The notes: a model not told the origin generated them from the letters alone. A stretch of DNA of 32,000 nucleotides from Candidatus Jordarchaeales archaeon (GCA_038858525.1 JAWCFL010000002.1:89987-121986), one strand, 5' to 3'. Shown: positions 17,961-26,718, numbered from the stretch's first letter. A program made the numbers and translations.

Positions 17961-18461
17961 ATGTATAAGGAGATCCGCAAAGTGTGGTTCGCAGAACAAA
18001 AGGAAGAAGCTCTTCAGCCGCTGGGTGACGACTTCTTTGAGAGAGCAACAAGATACCTCAGACAATTAGAGAGCGCGGAGGAGAAAGCGCCTGAACTGAT
18101 TAGGGTAGAAAGGAGGCGAGTGAATTACATGTTAACGGACTTAACAGAGTTACGACTGGAAAAAATAATATTAAAAACCATGGCTAATGCCCCTCTCGAT
18201 GAGGGAGCACTATCTCAAGAGGAAAAAAGCGTCTATGATGCTCTCAAAAAGTTATTGACGATGAAAGAGAATAGACTGGAAGAAATAGAAGAAGGCGACT
18301 TTCTAGTTGTACGTGTACTCATAGACCTGCCAGAAATAGTCGGGGTAGACCTGCAAACTTACGGCCCATTTAAGGCGGAAGACGTAGCTACGCTCCCCAG
18401 GGAAAACGCTGTCGCTCTTATAAAGAGAGGGGTTGCCGCACCAATAATAACCGGCAAATAA
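17961..18461 (+). CDS. GINS complex subunit (Gins15/Gins51-like)
   Basis: Helical A-domain (LQPL...RLEKII) followed by B-domain VRVLIDLPEIVGVDLQTYGPFKAEDVATLP. Position after priS matches the known conserved context. Confidence 0.88.
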   Translation: MYKEIRKVWFAEQKEEALQPLGDDFFERATRYLRQLESAEEKAPELIRVERRRVNYMLTDLTELRLEKIILKTMANAPLDEGALSQEEKSVYDALKKLLTMKENRLEEIEEGDFLVVRVLIDLPEIVGVDLQTYGPFKAEDVATLPRENAVALIKRGVAAPIITGK

Positions 18462-18521
18462 AAGAACACTAATACGTAAAAAATGATATCCAGTGGCATG
18501 TTTCAGATGGCGGTTAAGCGT

Positions 18522-18540
18522 CGCAAAAAGTTTTTAAATA
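18522..18540 (+). promoter_or_regulatory. BRE/TATA promoter of the L11-L1-L10-P1 operon
   Basis: CGCAAAAAG followed by TTTTTAAATA in the intergenic region upstream of rpl11. Confidence 0.6.
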
Positions 18541-18626
18541 TTTAGACTCTTGTCCTTTCTCAATCACACGTGAACATATCCTCTTTTCGCTAATCTCTCG
18601 TAGAGTTCATTAAAAGGTGAACGAGT

Positions 18627-19112
18627 TTGGGCAAAGTTACTGTTGAAGCCCTTGTTGAGGGAGGAAAGGCGACAGCTGGTCCCCCAATAGGCCCAGCTTT
18701 GGGACCTACAGGAGTTAACCTTTACCAGGTAGTTCAGAAAATAAACGAGTTAACGGCTAAGTTTAAGGGCCTTAAAGTTCCAGTAAAAATAACAGTTAAT
18801 ACTGATGATAAGTCCTTCGAAGTAGAAGTAGGTGTTCCACCCACATCTGCTCTTATTCTGAGCAAGCTAGGTAAGGAGAAAGCTACAGGAAACCCTGGAA
18901 AAGAAGTTACGGGTGACATTTCAATGAAGGACATAATCGAAATAGCAAAAATGAAGCGTACCCAACTGTCAGCAAAGACTTTAGCTGGAGCTGTAAGAAC
19001 AGTCCTTGGGACATGTACTTCTATGGGAATTACAGTGGAGGGTAAGGATCCACGTGACGTTCAAAAGGAGGTGCTAGAAGGCAAATATGACGACATCATA
19101 TCCGAAAAGTGA
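18627..19112 (+). CDS. rpl11: 50S ribosomal protein uL11
   Basis: GGKATAGPPIGPALGP, VGVPPTSALI, GTCTSMGITV. Confidence 0.98.
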   Translation: MGKVTVEALVEGGKATAGPPIGPALGPTGVNLYQVVQKINELTAKFKGLKVPVKITVNTDDKSFEVEVGVPPTSALILSKLGKEKATGNPGKEVTGDISMKDIIEIAKMKRTQLSAKTLAGAVRTVLGTCTSMGITVEGKDPRDVQKEVLEGKYDDIISEK

Positions 19113-19152
19113 CCTTTCCTTCAAGTCAAATATCGAAAGTTGAGGGATTTCC

Positions 19153-19815
19153 ATGCCTGTTGATAAAAAGGAGTTAATTAAAGTATTAAAGAAGATCGAT
19201 GAGTCTTCTAAGAAGAGGAATTTTACGGAATCAGTGGAAATAGCGGTTAACCTTAAGGATATCGATCTTAAAAAACCCGAAAACCGCATAAACACAGAAC
19301 TGGTTCTCCCAAACGATATCGAAAAAGAACCAAGGGTCTGCATTATCGCTTCGGGGGAGGTAGCCGTAAAGGCCAAGGAGCTTAACGCAAACGTCTTGGA
19401 CAAGGATGAGCTTCAAAGCTTAGCAGGCAATAAGAAGGCTATGAGGAAGCTCGCCAAATCATTTGATTTTTTCGTCGCCTCAGTTGACCTTATGCCTCTT
19501 GTAGGGCGAATCCTCGGCGCCGTCTTAGGTCCTAGGGGAAAGATGCCCAAGCCTATACCTCCAAATGCGGATCTAAGGTCAATAATTGAGAATTACAAAA
19601 AGACTATTAGGTTGAGGATGAGAGATAACCCTTGTCTTCACGCTAAGGTCGGTATTAGAGGCATGGATGAGGAGAAGCTAGCTGAAAACATAAACGCGGT
19701 AATATCATTTCTCGAGGAGAAGCTTGAGCGGGGGCCTAATAATATCAAGTCCATTTACGTGAAGACAACGATGGGGTCACCTGTCAAGGTGCCATATGTG
19801 AGGGGCAAGAGGTGA
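19153..19815 (+). CDS. rpl1: 50S ribosomal protein uL1
   Basis: KKRNFTESVEI, LGPRGKMPKP, KTTMG. Confidence 0.98.
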   Translation: MPVDKKELIKVLKKIDESSKKRNFTESVEIAVNLKDIDLKKPENRINTELVLPNDIEKEPRVCIIASGEVAVKAKELNANVLDKDELQSLAGNKKAMRKLAKSFDFFVASVDLMPLVGRILGAVLGPRGKMPKPIPPNADLRSIIENYKKTIRLRMRDNPCLHAKVGIRGMDEEKLAENINAVISFLEEKLERGPNNIKSIYVKTTMGSPVKVPYVRGKR

Positions 19816-19821
19816 AGGAAA

Positions 19822-20838
19822 GTGCAGGTTGAGCTGACCGCCAGAGGAAGACGTGTTCCAGAGCATAAGGTAAGAAGAGCAGAGGAGATTCGGCGCCTCA
19901 TGGAGTCCTATGACGTGATAGGCGTCGCCAAGATAGAGGGTATAGGAGCAAAGCAACTCCAAGAGTTAAGAAACAAGTTGAGGGGACAGGCCTTAATAAA
20001 AGTGGAGAAGAACACGTTGGTGAAGAAGGCAATAGAGAAACTTGCCGGTAGCAAGAAGGGGATAAATCAGCTTGAAGAGCACATTAAAGGCCCCGTAATC
20101 CTCATTTTAACTAACATGAATCCCTTCAAGCTCAACTTGATACTTGAAAAAAGTAAAACAAGAGCGCCAGTAAAGCCCGAGACAGTTACTCCTGTTGACA
20201 TAGTTGTTCCAGCTGGAAATACAGGTCTCCCTCCGGGACCAGTAATAAGTGAGCTCGGAAGCGTAGGACTGCCTACGAGAGTAGAGTCAGGCACGATATG
20301 GATTACCAAGGACACGCTTCTCGCGAAGGCGGGGGATGTTGTCTCAAAACCTGTTGCAGACGTGCTGAGAAGGCTGGGAATAGAGCCGCTGGAGGTCGGA
20401 TTATCCCTGCTCGCAGCTTACGACGGTGGAATAGTGATCTCAGAGAAGAACTTAAAGATTAATGTTCAAGAAACCTTCGAGGAATTTAAGAGAGCGCACA
20501 TGGAGGCGTTCAACCTCGCCGTATCAGCTCAGATAACTGTTCCAGAAGCCATGCCATTCATCCTTCAAAAAGCGCACATGGAGGCGTTCAACCTCGCTAT
20601 AAACGCCGCTGTGCCTGCCAATGAAGTATTGCCGCACATTTTAAGGCTCGCCGAGAGCAGAGCGATAAGCTTAGCCGCAGTCATAGCAAGTAAGAGACCT
20701 GACGCTATACCAGAGGGAGTCCTCAAAACGCAGGCTGTGGCTCAGCAAGCTCCTCCTGAAAAGAAAGAGGAAAAAGCTGAAGAAAAAGAGGAGGAAGCAG
20801 AAGAGGAGATCGGAGGTTTAGGAAGCCTGTTTGGTTAA
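19822..20838 (+). CDS. rpl10: Acidic ribosomal protein P0 (uL10)
   Basis: QLQELRNKLR, KNTL, NPFKL, GNTGLPPGP, acidic tail ending GLGSLFG. Confidence 0.97.
   Translation: MQVELTARGRRVPEHKVRRAEEIRRLMESYDVIGVAKIEGIGAKQLQELRNKLRGQALIKVEKNTLVKKAIEKLAGSKKGINQLEEHIKGPVILILTNMNPFKLNLILEKSKTRAPVKPETVTPVDIVVPAGNTGLPPGPVISELGSVGLPTRVESGTIWITKDTLLAKAGDVVSKPVADVLRRLGIEPLEVGLSLLAAYDGGIVISEKNLKINVQETFEEFKRAHMEAFNLAVSAQITVPEAMPFILQKAHMEAFNLAINAAVPANEVLPHILRLAESRAISLAAVIASKRPDAIPEGVLKTQAVAQQAPPEKKEEKAEEKEEEAEEEIGGLGSLFG
20493..20597 (+). repeat. Exact 27-nt direct repeat (AGCGCACATGGAGGCGTTCAACCTCGC at 20493-20519 and 20571-20597) in the P0 stalk-binding helices
   Basis: Two identical copies 78 nt (26 codons) apart, each encoding AHMEAFNLA. 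Confidence 0.95.
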
Positions 20839-20896
20839 AATGTGAAACCTTTAAAAGTAGTTCTAAAGATTATGACTGATAAAGAGGTGAAACAAT

Positions 20897-21205
20897 ATGG
20901 AGTATGTATACGCTGCAATGCTCCTCCACCGTGCTGGAAAAAACATAAATGAGGAAAGCTTAAAGAAAGTCCTTTCCGCAGCAGGTATCTCGCCTGATGA
21001 GGTAAGAGTCAAGGCGCTGGTCGCCGCCTTAGAGGAAGTAAACATAGATGAAGCCATTAAGAGTGCTGCACCTATCCCCATGGCAGCACCAGTGGTAGCG
21101 TCACAAGTTGAGGCGGCAGCAGGAAAGGAAGAGAAGAAAGAGGAGAAGAAGGAAGAGAAGAAAGAGGAGGAAGCGTTGGAGGGGCTAGGTGCCCTCTTCG
21201 GCTAA
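20897..21205 (+). CDS. rpl12p: Ribosomal stalk protein P1 (archaeal L12p)
   Basis: [20 protein letters not shown], acidic hinge, GLGALFG. Confidence 0.98.
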   Translation: MEYVYAAMLLHRAGKNINEESLKKVLSAAGISPDEVRVKALVAALEEVNIDEAIKSAAPIPMAAPVVASQVEAAAGKEEKKEEKKEEKKEEEALEGLGALFG

Positions 21206-21238
21206 AAATGTAAACTCGCCCTTCCAACTCTTCTCTCT

Positions 21239-23977
21239 TTATCCTTTCAGGGCTCTAAGAAGCAGTTCACGCGCTTTTTCTGTCGCCTCATCTATTTTCT
21301 CCACGAGATCCCCTCCACCCATAGCGATTTTTCCTTTTCCGCCGCCAGCACCACCCACTACACCCGCCACGTCTCTAACTATTGTAGAAAGGTCAACGTC
21401 CACAGCTTCCCCCTTCATCCCGACAACTTCCACCTTCCCGCTCTTCCCTAGAAGTATAACCGCTGCTTTCGCCTCTCTTCTAACTATTGAATCAGCTATC
21501 TTGATGAGCGTTTCTTTGTCAGTGTCAACCCGTCCCACGACGACAATATGCCCGTTAATAGTTATGCCCTTTTCAAGGAAACGTTCAGCCTCTCTCTCAG
21601 CCAAGTAATCCTTGAGTTTTTCGATCTCTTTTCCTCGCTCCTTCCACTCCTCGAAAAACCTTTCAGCTGCCTCTAAGACGCTTTCTCTTGGAACCTTAAA
21701 AACCGATGCAACGTCGCTCAAAACTCTATCCATGTCCTGTATGTGGCGAAGCGCGGCTTCGCCTGCCTTGAACTCCAGCCTTACAACTCCATCCTGTATC
21801 CTCTCAACTCTCACTATTTTAATGGGGCCTACTTCACCAGTATGGTCAACGTGTATACCTCCACACGCCTCTACGTCCCATCCCTCAATATCGATTATTC
21901 TAAGTTCGCCTCCAGGAACCGCTCCTCCTTGGTATATCGTAAATCCGAATTTAGCTTCAGCTTCATCTCTGGGCATAACGTACTTGTTCACTCGGCGGTT
22001 TTCCATCACGACCTTGTTTGCCAGTTCTTCTATCTTCACGATTTCGTCTCTGCTCAGGGGCTTATAGTGAGTTATGTCCAACCGTGCTTCGTCAGCCCTT
22101 TTCTCCGCTCCCGCCTGCCACACGTGTGGACCAAGCACTCTTCTAGCGGCGCCATTGAGTATGTGGGTTGCAGTGTGATGCCTCATAAGGGCAAGCCGCC
22201 TCTCCCAGTTCAGCTGCCCTTTGACTTCCTGCCCCAAACGAAACGCAGCAGGGTTACTTACTTGGTGGAGAATGGTGTTTCCAGCCTTCTCGACTTTAAC
22301 TACCATTTCCCCGTTGAGGCTACCAACATCGTAGAGTTGCCCTCCTCCAGTAGGATAAAACAATGTTCTGTCTAGAACCAAGTAAGGACCAGTTATAGCC
22401 ACAATTTTCCCAGTGAACTCTGAATCGTATGGCTTATCGTAGTATAGAGGGTAAGTTGGCGGAAAGTCTCCTTCAACTACACTCAAAGTTGTAGCGCTTT
22501 TTTCTCGCACTTCTTGCCTTCCACCAAGCTCCAGGTAGAAGCTGTTGGGAACGTCAACTTTGACCCCCATTTCTTCCCCTATTTCCTGAACCATTTCAGG
22601 AGTAATTCCGTTAGACTCGTAGAGTTTAACCAATGTTTCGAGGTCTAATGGCTCTCTCCTCTTCAAGAGGCGTTCAACTTGCTTGCGTCCTCTGTCTATC
22701 GTCTGCACATACCTCTCCTTTTCAACCATAAATATGTCATCTATGATTTCGGTTGCAACTTCTAAGTGAGGGTAGCTTCTCTTGAAGTAATCTATTTGCT
22801 TGTGGAAGAGTTCTATGAAGTCGATTTCGAAGCCGTGCAACTTATCTAGGCTCACCGCTCTCCTGAGAATCACGCGTAGGTTGTAGCCACCTCCAACGTT
22901 TGACGGTATACCGCCATCTGCCACCGCAAAGACCAAGGTGCGTGTGTGGTCAGCTATAGCGTAGAGCGCTTCGAGAGGGACAAGCTGCTTTCTAAGCTCC
23001 TCGACGTCAACGTTTAGCTTAGAAGCAGCTTCACGAGTAACCTTCTCAAAGTCCTGCATTTCACTTGCGTCGAAAACCCCGGCAAACGCAAAATACTTAA
23101 CGAGTAACTTCTCGTCAACGCTTACCCCAGTTTCCTTTTTCAGCCAATCGAGAACAGGGCCGAAGGCCGCTTCGTAGACAGTCGGTGTTCCCTGAGTAAA
23201 CCAGCCGATTCTCTCCACTCCCCAGCCTACATCTATCACTTTTATTTTGAGCTCCCTCCACCCTCCATCAGGGTTAAAAGCGTACTGCATGAACACGTTA
23301 TTCACTATTTCAAGCCCCTTCCCGAATGCCTCAAGCGAGGGGCCGAAAGTTCCACCACCACTCCAAACATCCTCCTTGTAAGTGACCTCATCCTTTCCAA
23401 GCCCAAGGATCTTAGTTAAAAACTCGAAGTTAAGCTCTATGCACCTATCCATCCAGTAACCTTCTTTATCGTACTTGAAGGCGTGCTGTCCTCCCATAAT
23501 GAAGAGGGAAAGGTGCCTCCCCGTCCTGCCGACGTTATCCACGTCGCAAAATCCCTTCCCTCCGAACCTTATGCACGGCTGCGGGACAACTAGGGGGTTT
23601 GCGGGGGGCTTAACGACGCCTTCAACTACGTAGGGCTGGAAGTCGGCTATCGAAGCTATAGTGAAAGCAATGTCATCCCTCCACCTAGCAACAACGGGAT
23701 ATGCTCTTATTCTCTTATGTCCTCTCTCCTCGAAAAACCTGCACCAGTTCTCTATGGCTTCATGGAAATCCCATCCCTCATCAACTCTTCTTCCCAGGAA
23801 AAGGTATCCTCCAACGCACTTCGTGTCGCCGCAGTCCCTCCGGTCAGGGTTTAACGTCCAGAAGTAGTCGCCGCACACCTCACACTTCTTCCTGACGAAT
23901 CCTTCCTGCCTGAAAAGCTCAACCTCGTACTTGTCCTTGCCAAAGCTTCTTTTAAGCTCTTCCTTCGAGACGGCCAA
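21239..23977 (-). CDS. alaS: Alanyl-tRNA synthetase (archaeal type)
   Basis: TIASIADFQP, QPCIRF, VGRTGRH, editing motifs RHHTATH and ACGGIH, C-terminal GGAGGG. Confidence 0.98.
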   Translation of the reverse strand: MAVSKEELKRSFGKDKYEVELFRQEGFVRKKCEVCGDYFWTLNPDRRDCGDTKCVGGYLFLGRRVDEGWDFHEAIENWCRFFEERGHKRIRAYPVVARWRDDIAFTIASIADFQPYVVEGVVKPPANPLVVPQPCIRFGGKGFCDVDNVGRTGRHLSLFIMGGQHAFKYDKEGYWMDRCIELNFEFLTKILGLGKDEVTYKEDVWSGGGTFGPSLEAFGKGLEIVNNVFMQYAFNPDGGWRELKIKVIDVGWGVERIGWFTQGTPTVYEAAFGPVLDWLKKETGVSVDEKLLVKYFAFAGVFDASEMQDFEKVTREAASKLNVDVEELRKQLVPLEALYAIADHTRTLVFAVADGGIPSNVGGGYNLRVILRRAVSLDKLHGFEIDFIELFHKQIDYFKRSYPHLEVATEIIDDIFMVEKERYVQTIDRGRKQVERLLKRREPLDLETLVKLYESNGITPEMVQEIGEEMGVKVDVPNSFYLELGGRQEVREKSATTLSVVEGDFPPTYPLYYDKPYDSEFTGKIVAITGPYLVLDRTLFYPTGGGQLYDVGSLNGEMVVKVEKAGNTILHQVSNPAAFRLGQEVKGQLNWERRLALMRHHTATHILNGAARRVLGPHVWQAGAEKRADEARLDITHYKPLSRDEIVKIEELANKVVMENRRVNKYVMPRDEAEAKFGFTIYQGGAVPGGELRIIDIEGWDVEACGGIHVDHTGEVGPIKIVRVERIQDGVVRLEFKAGEAALRHIQDMDRVLSDVASVFKVPRESVLEAAERFFEEWKERGKEIEKLKDYLAEREAERFLEKGITINGHIVVVGRVDTDKETLIKIADSIVRREAKAAVILLGKSGKVEVVGMKGEAVDVDLSTIVRDVAGVVGGAGGGKGKIAMGGGDLVEKIDEATEKARELLLRALKG

Positions 23978-24100
23978 AGGGAAAGCACGCCCCGTTCATT
24001 TTTACCGCTGATAAATCTAAAACAAAAAAATCTAAAAACCTTCCCTACAGATAAAGGAACACGCTAGACTGCTAAAAGAACCCAAAATAAGAAAAACGTC

Positions 24101-24793
24101 TTGAAGTTGAACGAAATGCCCGAACTGTTTGGGTTGAACAGGGAGAAGCTAGAAAAAGCAGCTGAGGAGTTCAGGTATCTCCTCGAAAGAGGATACAACC
24201 GTGAAGGCGCCTTAAACTTCGTCGTAAGCCACCACCGTCTCGACAAGACGCACAAATTAATACTTCTAAGAGGAGTATTTAGTAGTGAAGAGGTGGAGGA
24301 AAGGAGGAGAAAGACGGTATCCTTTAAGGAGCTCGGAGGAAGAGTTCTCGCACTGGATGGATATAACGTGCTGATAGTACTCGAAACAATGCTCAGAAAC
24401 CAGCTTCTCATAGAGGGAGACGACGAATACATAAGAGACGTATCAGGGATGCATGGAAAGCATAGGGTGACTTCCCTCACTACGACGGCCCTAAGCGTCC
24501 TTTTTGATGAGCTGAGAAAGGTTCAACCAAAAGAGGTCCTAGTATTCTTCGATAGGCCGGTGAGTAAAAGCGGAGAGCTGGCCGGAATAACGAGGCAGAT
24601 CATGAAAACTCACGGAGTTATGGGGGACAGTTTGACCGCAAGCCAAACCGATAATGCAGTGATAAGCACCGGAGAAATAGCGCTCACAAGCGACAGCGTA
24701 ATTCTGCAAAAAGCCAAAAAATGCTTCGACATAGCAGGACACATAGTTAAAGAAAAAGAATACGGAAAAATACTAAAGCTAAAGGCCACTTAG
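24101..24793 (+). CDS. DUF434-like protein with a PIN/NYN-type nuclease-like domain
   Basis: YLLERGY...ALNFV-x2-H-x2-L N-terminus, LALDGYNVLI, D-x2-IRD, FFDRPVSKSGELA, TSDSVIL. Confidence 0.72.
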   Translation: MKLNEMPELFGLNREKLEKAAEEFRYLLERGYNREGALNFVVSHHRLDKTHKLILLRGVFSSEEVEERRRKTVSFKELGGRVLALDGYNVLIVLETMLRNQLLIEGDDEYIRDVSGMHGKHRVTSLTTTALSVLFDELRKVQPKEVLVFFDRPVSKSGELAGITRQIMKTHGVMGDSLTASQTDNAVISTGEIALTSDSVILQKAKKCFDIAGHIVKEKEYGKILKLKAT

Positions 24794-24903
24794 CGTTGGA
24801 CAGCAAGAAGAAGGCGACTTAACAATTCACCGAAAACGTGGAAACACGTTTAAGGAAAAACGCAGCTACATGAGACGAGCACTAAAAATTAAAAAACATA
24901 ACA

Positions 24904-24912
24904 CATATAAAA
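24904..24912 (+). promoter_or_regulatory. TATA box of tRNA-Arg
   Basis: CATATAAAA about 30 nt upstream of the tRNA 5' end, in A-rich context. Confidence 0.55.
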
Positions 24913-24940
24913 CTCACAGAGAAATACCGTCTTGAATGGT

Positions 24941-25074
24941 GGTCCCGTCGCCTAGCCAGGAGAGAAAAACTGAGAGGGCGCCGACCAGTAGGCGTAAGCC
25001 TTCTAAGCCGGAGTTCCCGGGTTCAAGTGTTCCCGCCATCAGGGCCGGAACTGAAAATCCCGGCGGGACCGCCA
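24941..25074 (+). tRNA. tRNA-Arg(UCU) with three introns: D-loop ~24963-24974, anticodon stem 29/30 24984-24997, T-loop 59/60 25028-25057
   Basis: Acceptor stem GGUCCCG/CGGGACC, G73 and CCA. The spliced form has anticodon arm CCGGC-CUUCUAA-GCCGG and T-arm CCGGG-UUCAAGU-CCCGG. BHB motifs can be drawn for introns 2 and 3. Confidence 0.9.
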
Positions 25075-25094
25075 CAACTTCCTTTTAATAGCCA

Positions 25095-26060
25095 TTAAGA
25101 TGTAAAGTGCTCGTAGCCCTTCCAGCTGATTTTGACCCAGCCTTCCTCGGGATGCTTAAACTTTACTTCGTTTTCTTGGATTACTCGTCCTATCCTGTGC
25201 AGAGAGCCGCCTACTTTTTCCACGGCTTTCACGGCGTCTTCCCACTTTGCTTCTGGTATCGTGGCGACCAGCTCATACTCCTCACCGCCGTAGAGCGCAA
25301 GTTCATAGGGGTCCAGCCCGTTTCTCTGGGCGAAAACTAAGACTTCAGGTGGAATAGGAACGTTGTCTATGGCGAAGCCAACCTTGCTGGCTTTGGCTAG
25401 CTCATGAAGGGAGGCTGCCAGCCCATCGCTACTATCAATGCACGATGACGCGTAACCTCCTTTAGCTAGGGTTACACCCTCCCTTATCCTCGGCTCAGGT
25501 TGATACACTGTTTTTAAGCAACGGTCCTTTTCGCTCCCCGATTCCAGTCCCTCCAAGAGTATTTTCAGCCCGGCTGCGGTTAACCCGAATGGCCCAGTTA
25601 CCGCGACGACTTCACCCGGCTTAGCCCCCCCTCTCGGCACAAACTTCTCAGTCACACCTAACACTGCGCCGGAGACAACGACCTCATCAGATTCATTAAC
25701 GTCTCCTCCAAGGTAGCGTGCTCCGTAGAAATTCGAGGCTTCCTTTATTCCGCTTGCGATTTCAAGAGCATCGTTCACTTTAAACCACTTTGGAAGACCA
25801 AAAGCGTAAAGCCCTCCGATCGGCTCAGCCCCCTTAGCGGCTAGGTCACTTAGATTCATCACCACAACCTTCCATCCTACCTGCTTCCAAGTCATCCCTG
25901 GTGGGACATCTGTTCTTGCAACAAGCATGTCCGAGCTAAAAACCAGCGTGATACCGCCAATCTGGATTGCCGCCGCGTCTTCACTTGAAGAGTACCAGTC
26001 ATCTACGAAGCCCAAAAGACGCTCAACGAGCTTCCTCTCGCCTAAACCACTCAAATCCAT
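25095..26060 (-). CDS. thiL: Thiamine-monophosphate kinase
   Basis: LGE-x2-L, EDAAAI, SDMLV, NLSDLAAKGA, GGDVN, IDSSDGL, GGEEYELV. Confidence 0.95.
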   Translation of the reverse strand: MDLSGLGERKLVERLLGFVDDWYSSSEDAAAIQIGGITLVFSSDMLVARTDVPPGMTWKQVGWKVVVMNLSDLAAKGAEPIGGLYAFGLPKWFKVNDALEIASGIKEASNFYGARYLGGDVNESDEVVVSGAVLGVTEKFVPRGGAKPGEVVAVTGPFGLTAAGLKILLEGLESGSEKDRCLKTVYQPEPRIREGVTLAKGGYASSCIDSSDGLAASLHELAKASKVGFAIDNVPIPPEVLVFAQRNGLDPYELALYGGEEYELVATIPEAKWEDAVKAVEKVGGSLHRIGRVIQENEVKFKHPEEGWVKISWKGYEHFTS

Positions 26061-26136
26061 TATAACGTACACCCCACCTAAAAAAGACGGAGAAAAAAAT
26101 AAAGGTCACGAAAAAAGAGAAGCTAAAATGGAAAAT

Positions 26137-26580
26137 TTAGTAGCTTGGCTGTTCAACTCTCCAGACGCCATCCTCATCAAGTCTGACGAAGCACGGTACG
26201 GGCATTCCTCTCTCGCTACCATCTGGGTTCAACCTCTTGAAAAAGAACTTTCTCGCATTGGGGTAAGGCAGCTTCTCCTCCTTGAGGTATTCATAACGAA
26301 TCCCTAGTTGATCGACATACTTTCTTCCAGTCGACCACCAGAAGCTGGGACTACTACCACTCCTGTCAGCCACACTCTGAAGCCACTTTAGTAACGTGCC
26401 ACGCCAACCCTCATAATCACCCTTTTCTAAAAGCTCGTAGTGCAGTATTGCGATCTTTTTCGCCTCATCAGAGAGGCTTGCACCAATTTTTCCAGCTACG
26501 TCACTAGCAGTGTCCTTAATTGTTTCTTTAACTTTCTTTTCAAGTTTATCCTTAATACTTTTGATCCTTCCACTCTCCAA
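26137..26580 (-). CDS. Hypothetical protein
   Basis: Long open frame filling the gap between thiL and tRNA-Thr, with a plausible globular composition. TTG at 26580 is the likely start. No family recognised. Confidence 0.6.
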   Translation of the reverse strand: MESGRIKSIKDKLEKKVKETIKDTASDVAGKIGASLSDEAKKIAILHYELLEKGDYEGWRGTLLKWLQSVADRSGSSPSFWWSTGRKYVDQLGIRYEYLKEEKLPYPNARKFFFKRLNPDGSERGMPVPCFVRLDEDGVWRVEQPSY

Positions 26581-26718
26581 TTTTTTAAGAAAAAAAAGGG
26601 AAAAAAACAATACTTAAGTTTTCTGACAATTTTACACCTGAAAACGAGAAAAACGAGAAACCCGTCAAGCTTCACCTAAAAAGCCGTTAAGCTTTCGGCG
26701 AAAAGCCCTTTCATGCAG

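Noticed and set aside
19100-19160. uL1 autoregulatory mRNA structure between rpl11 and rpl1
   Set aside because: Only a weak 4-bp stem is visible, and I could not identify the consensus L1-binding motif.
21612-22375. Plus-strand ORFs of 151 and 210 aa inside alaS
   Set aside because: Antisense to a highly conserved gene, with no motifs or ribosome-binding site.
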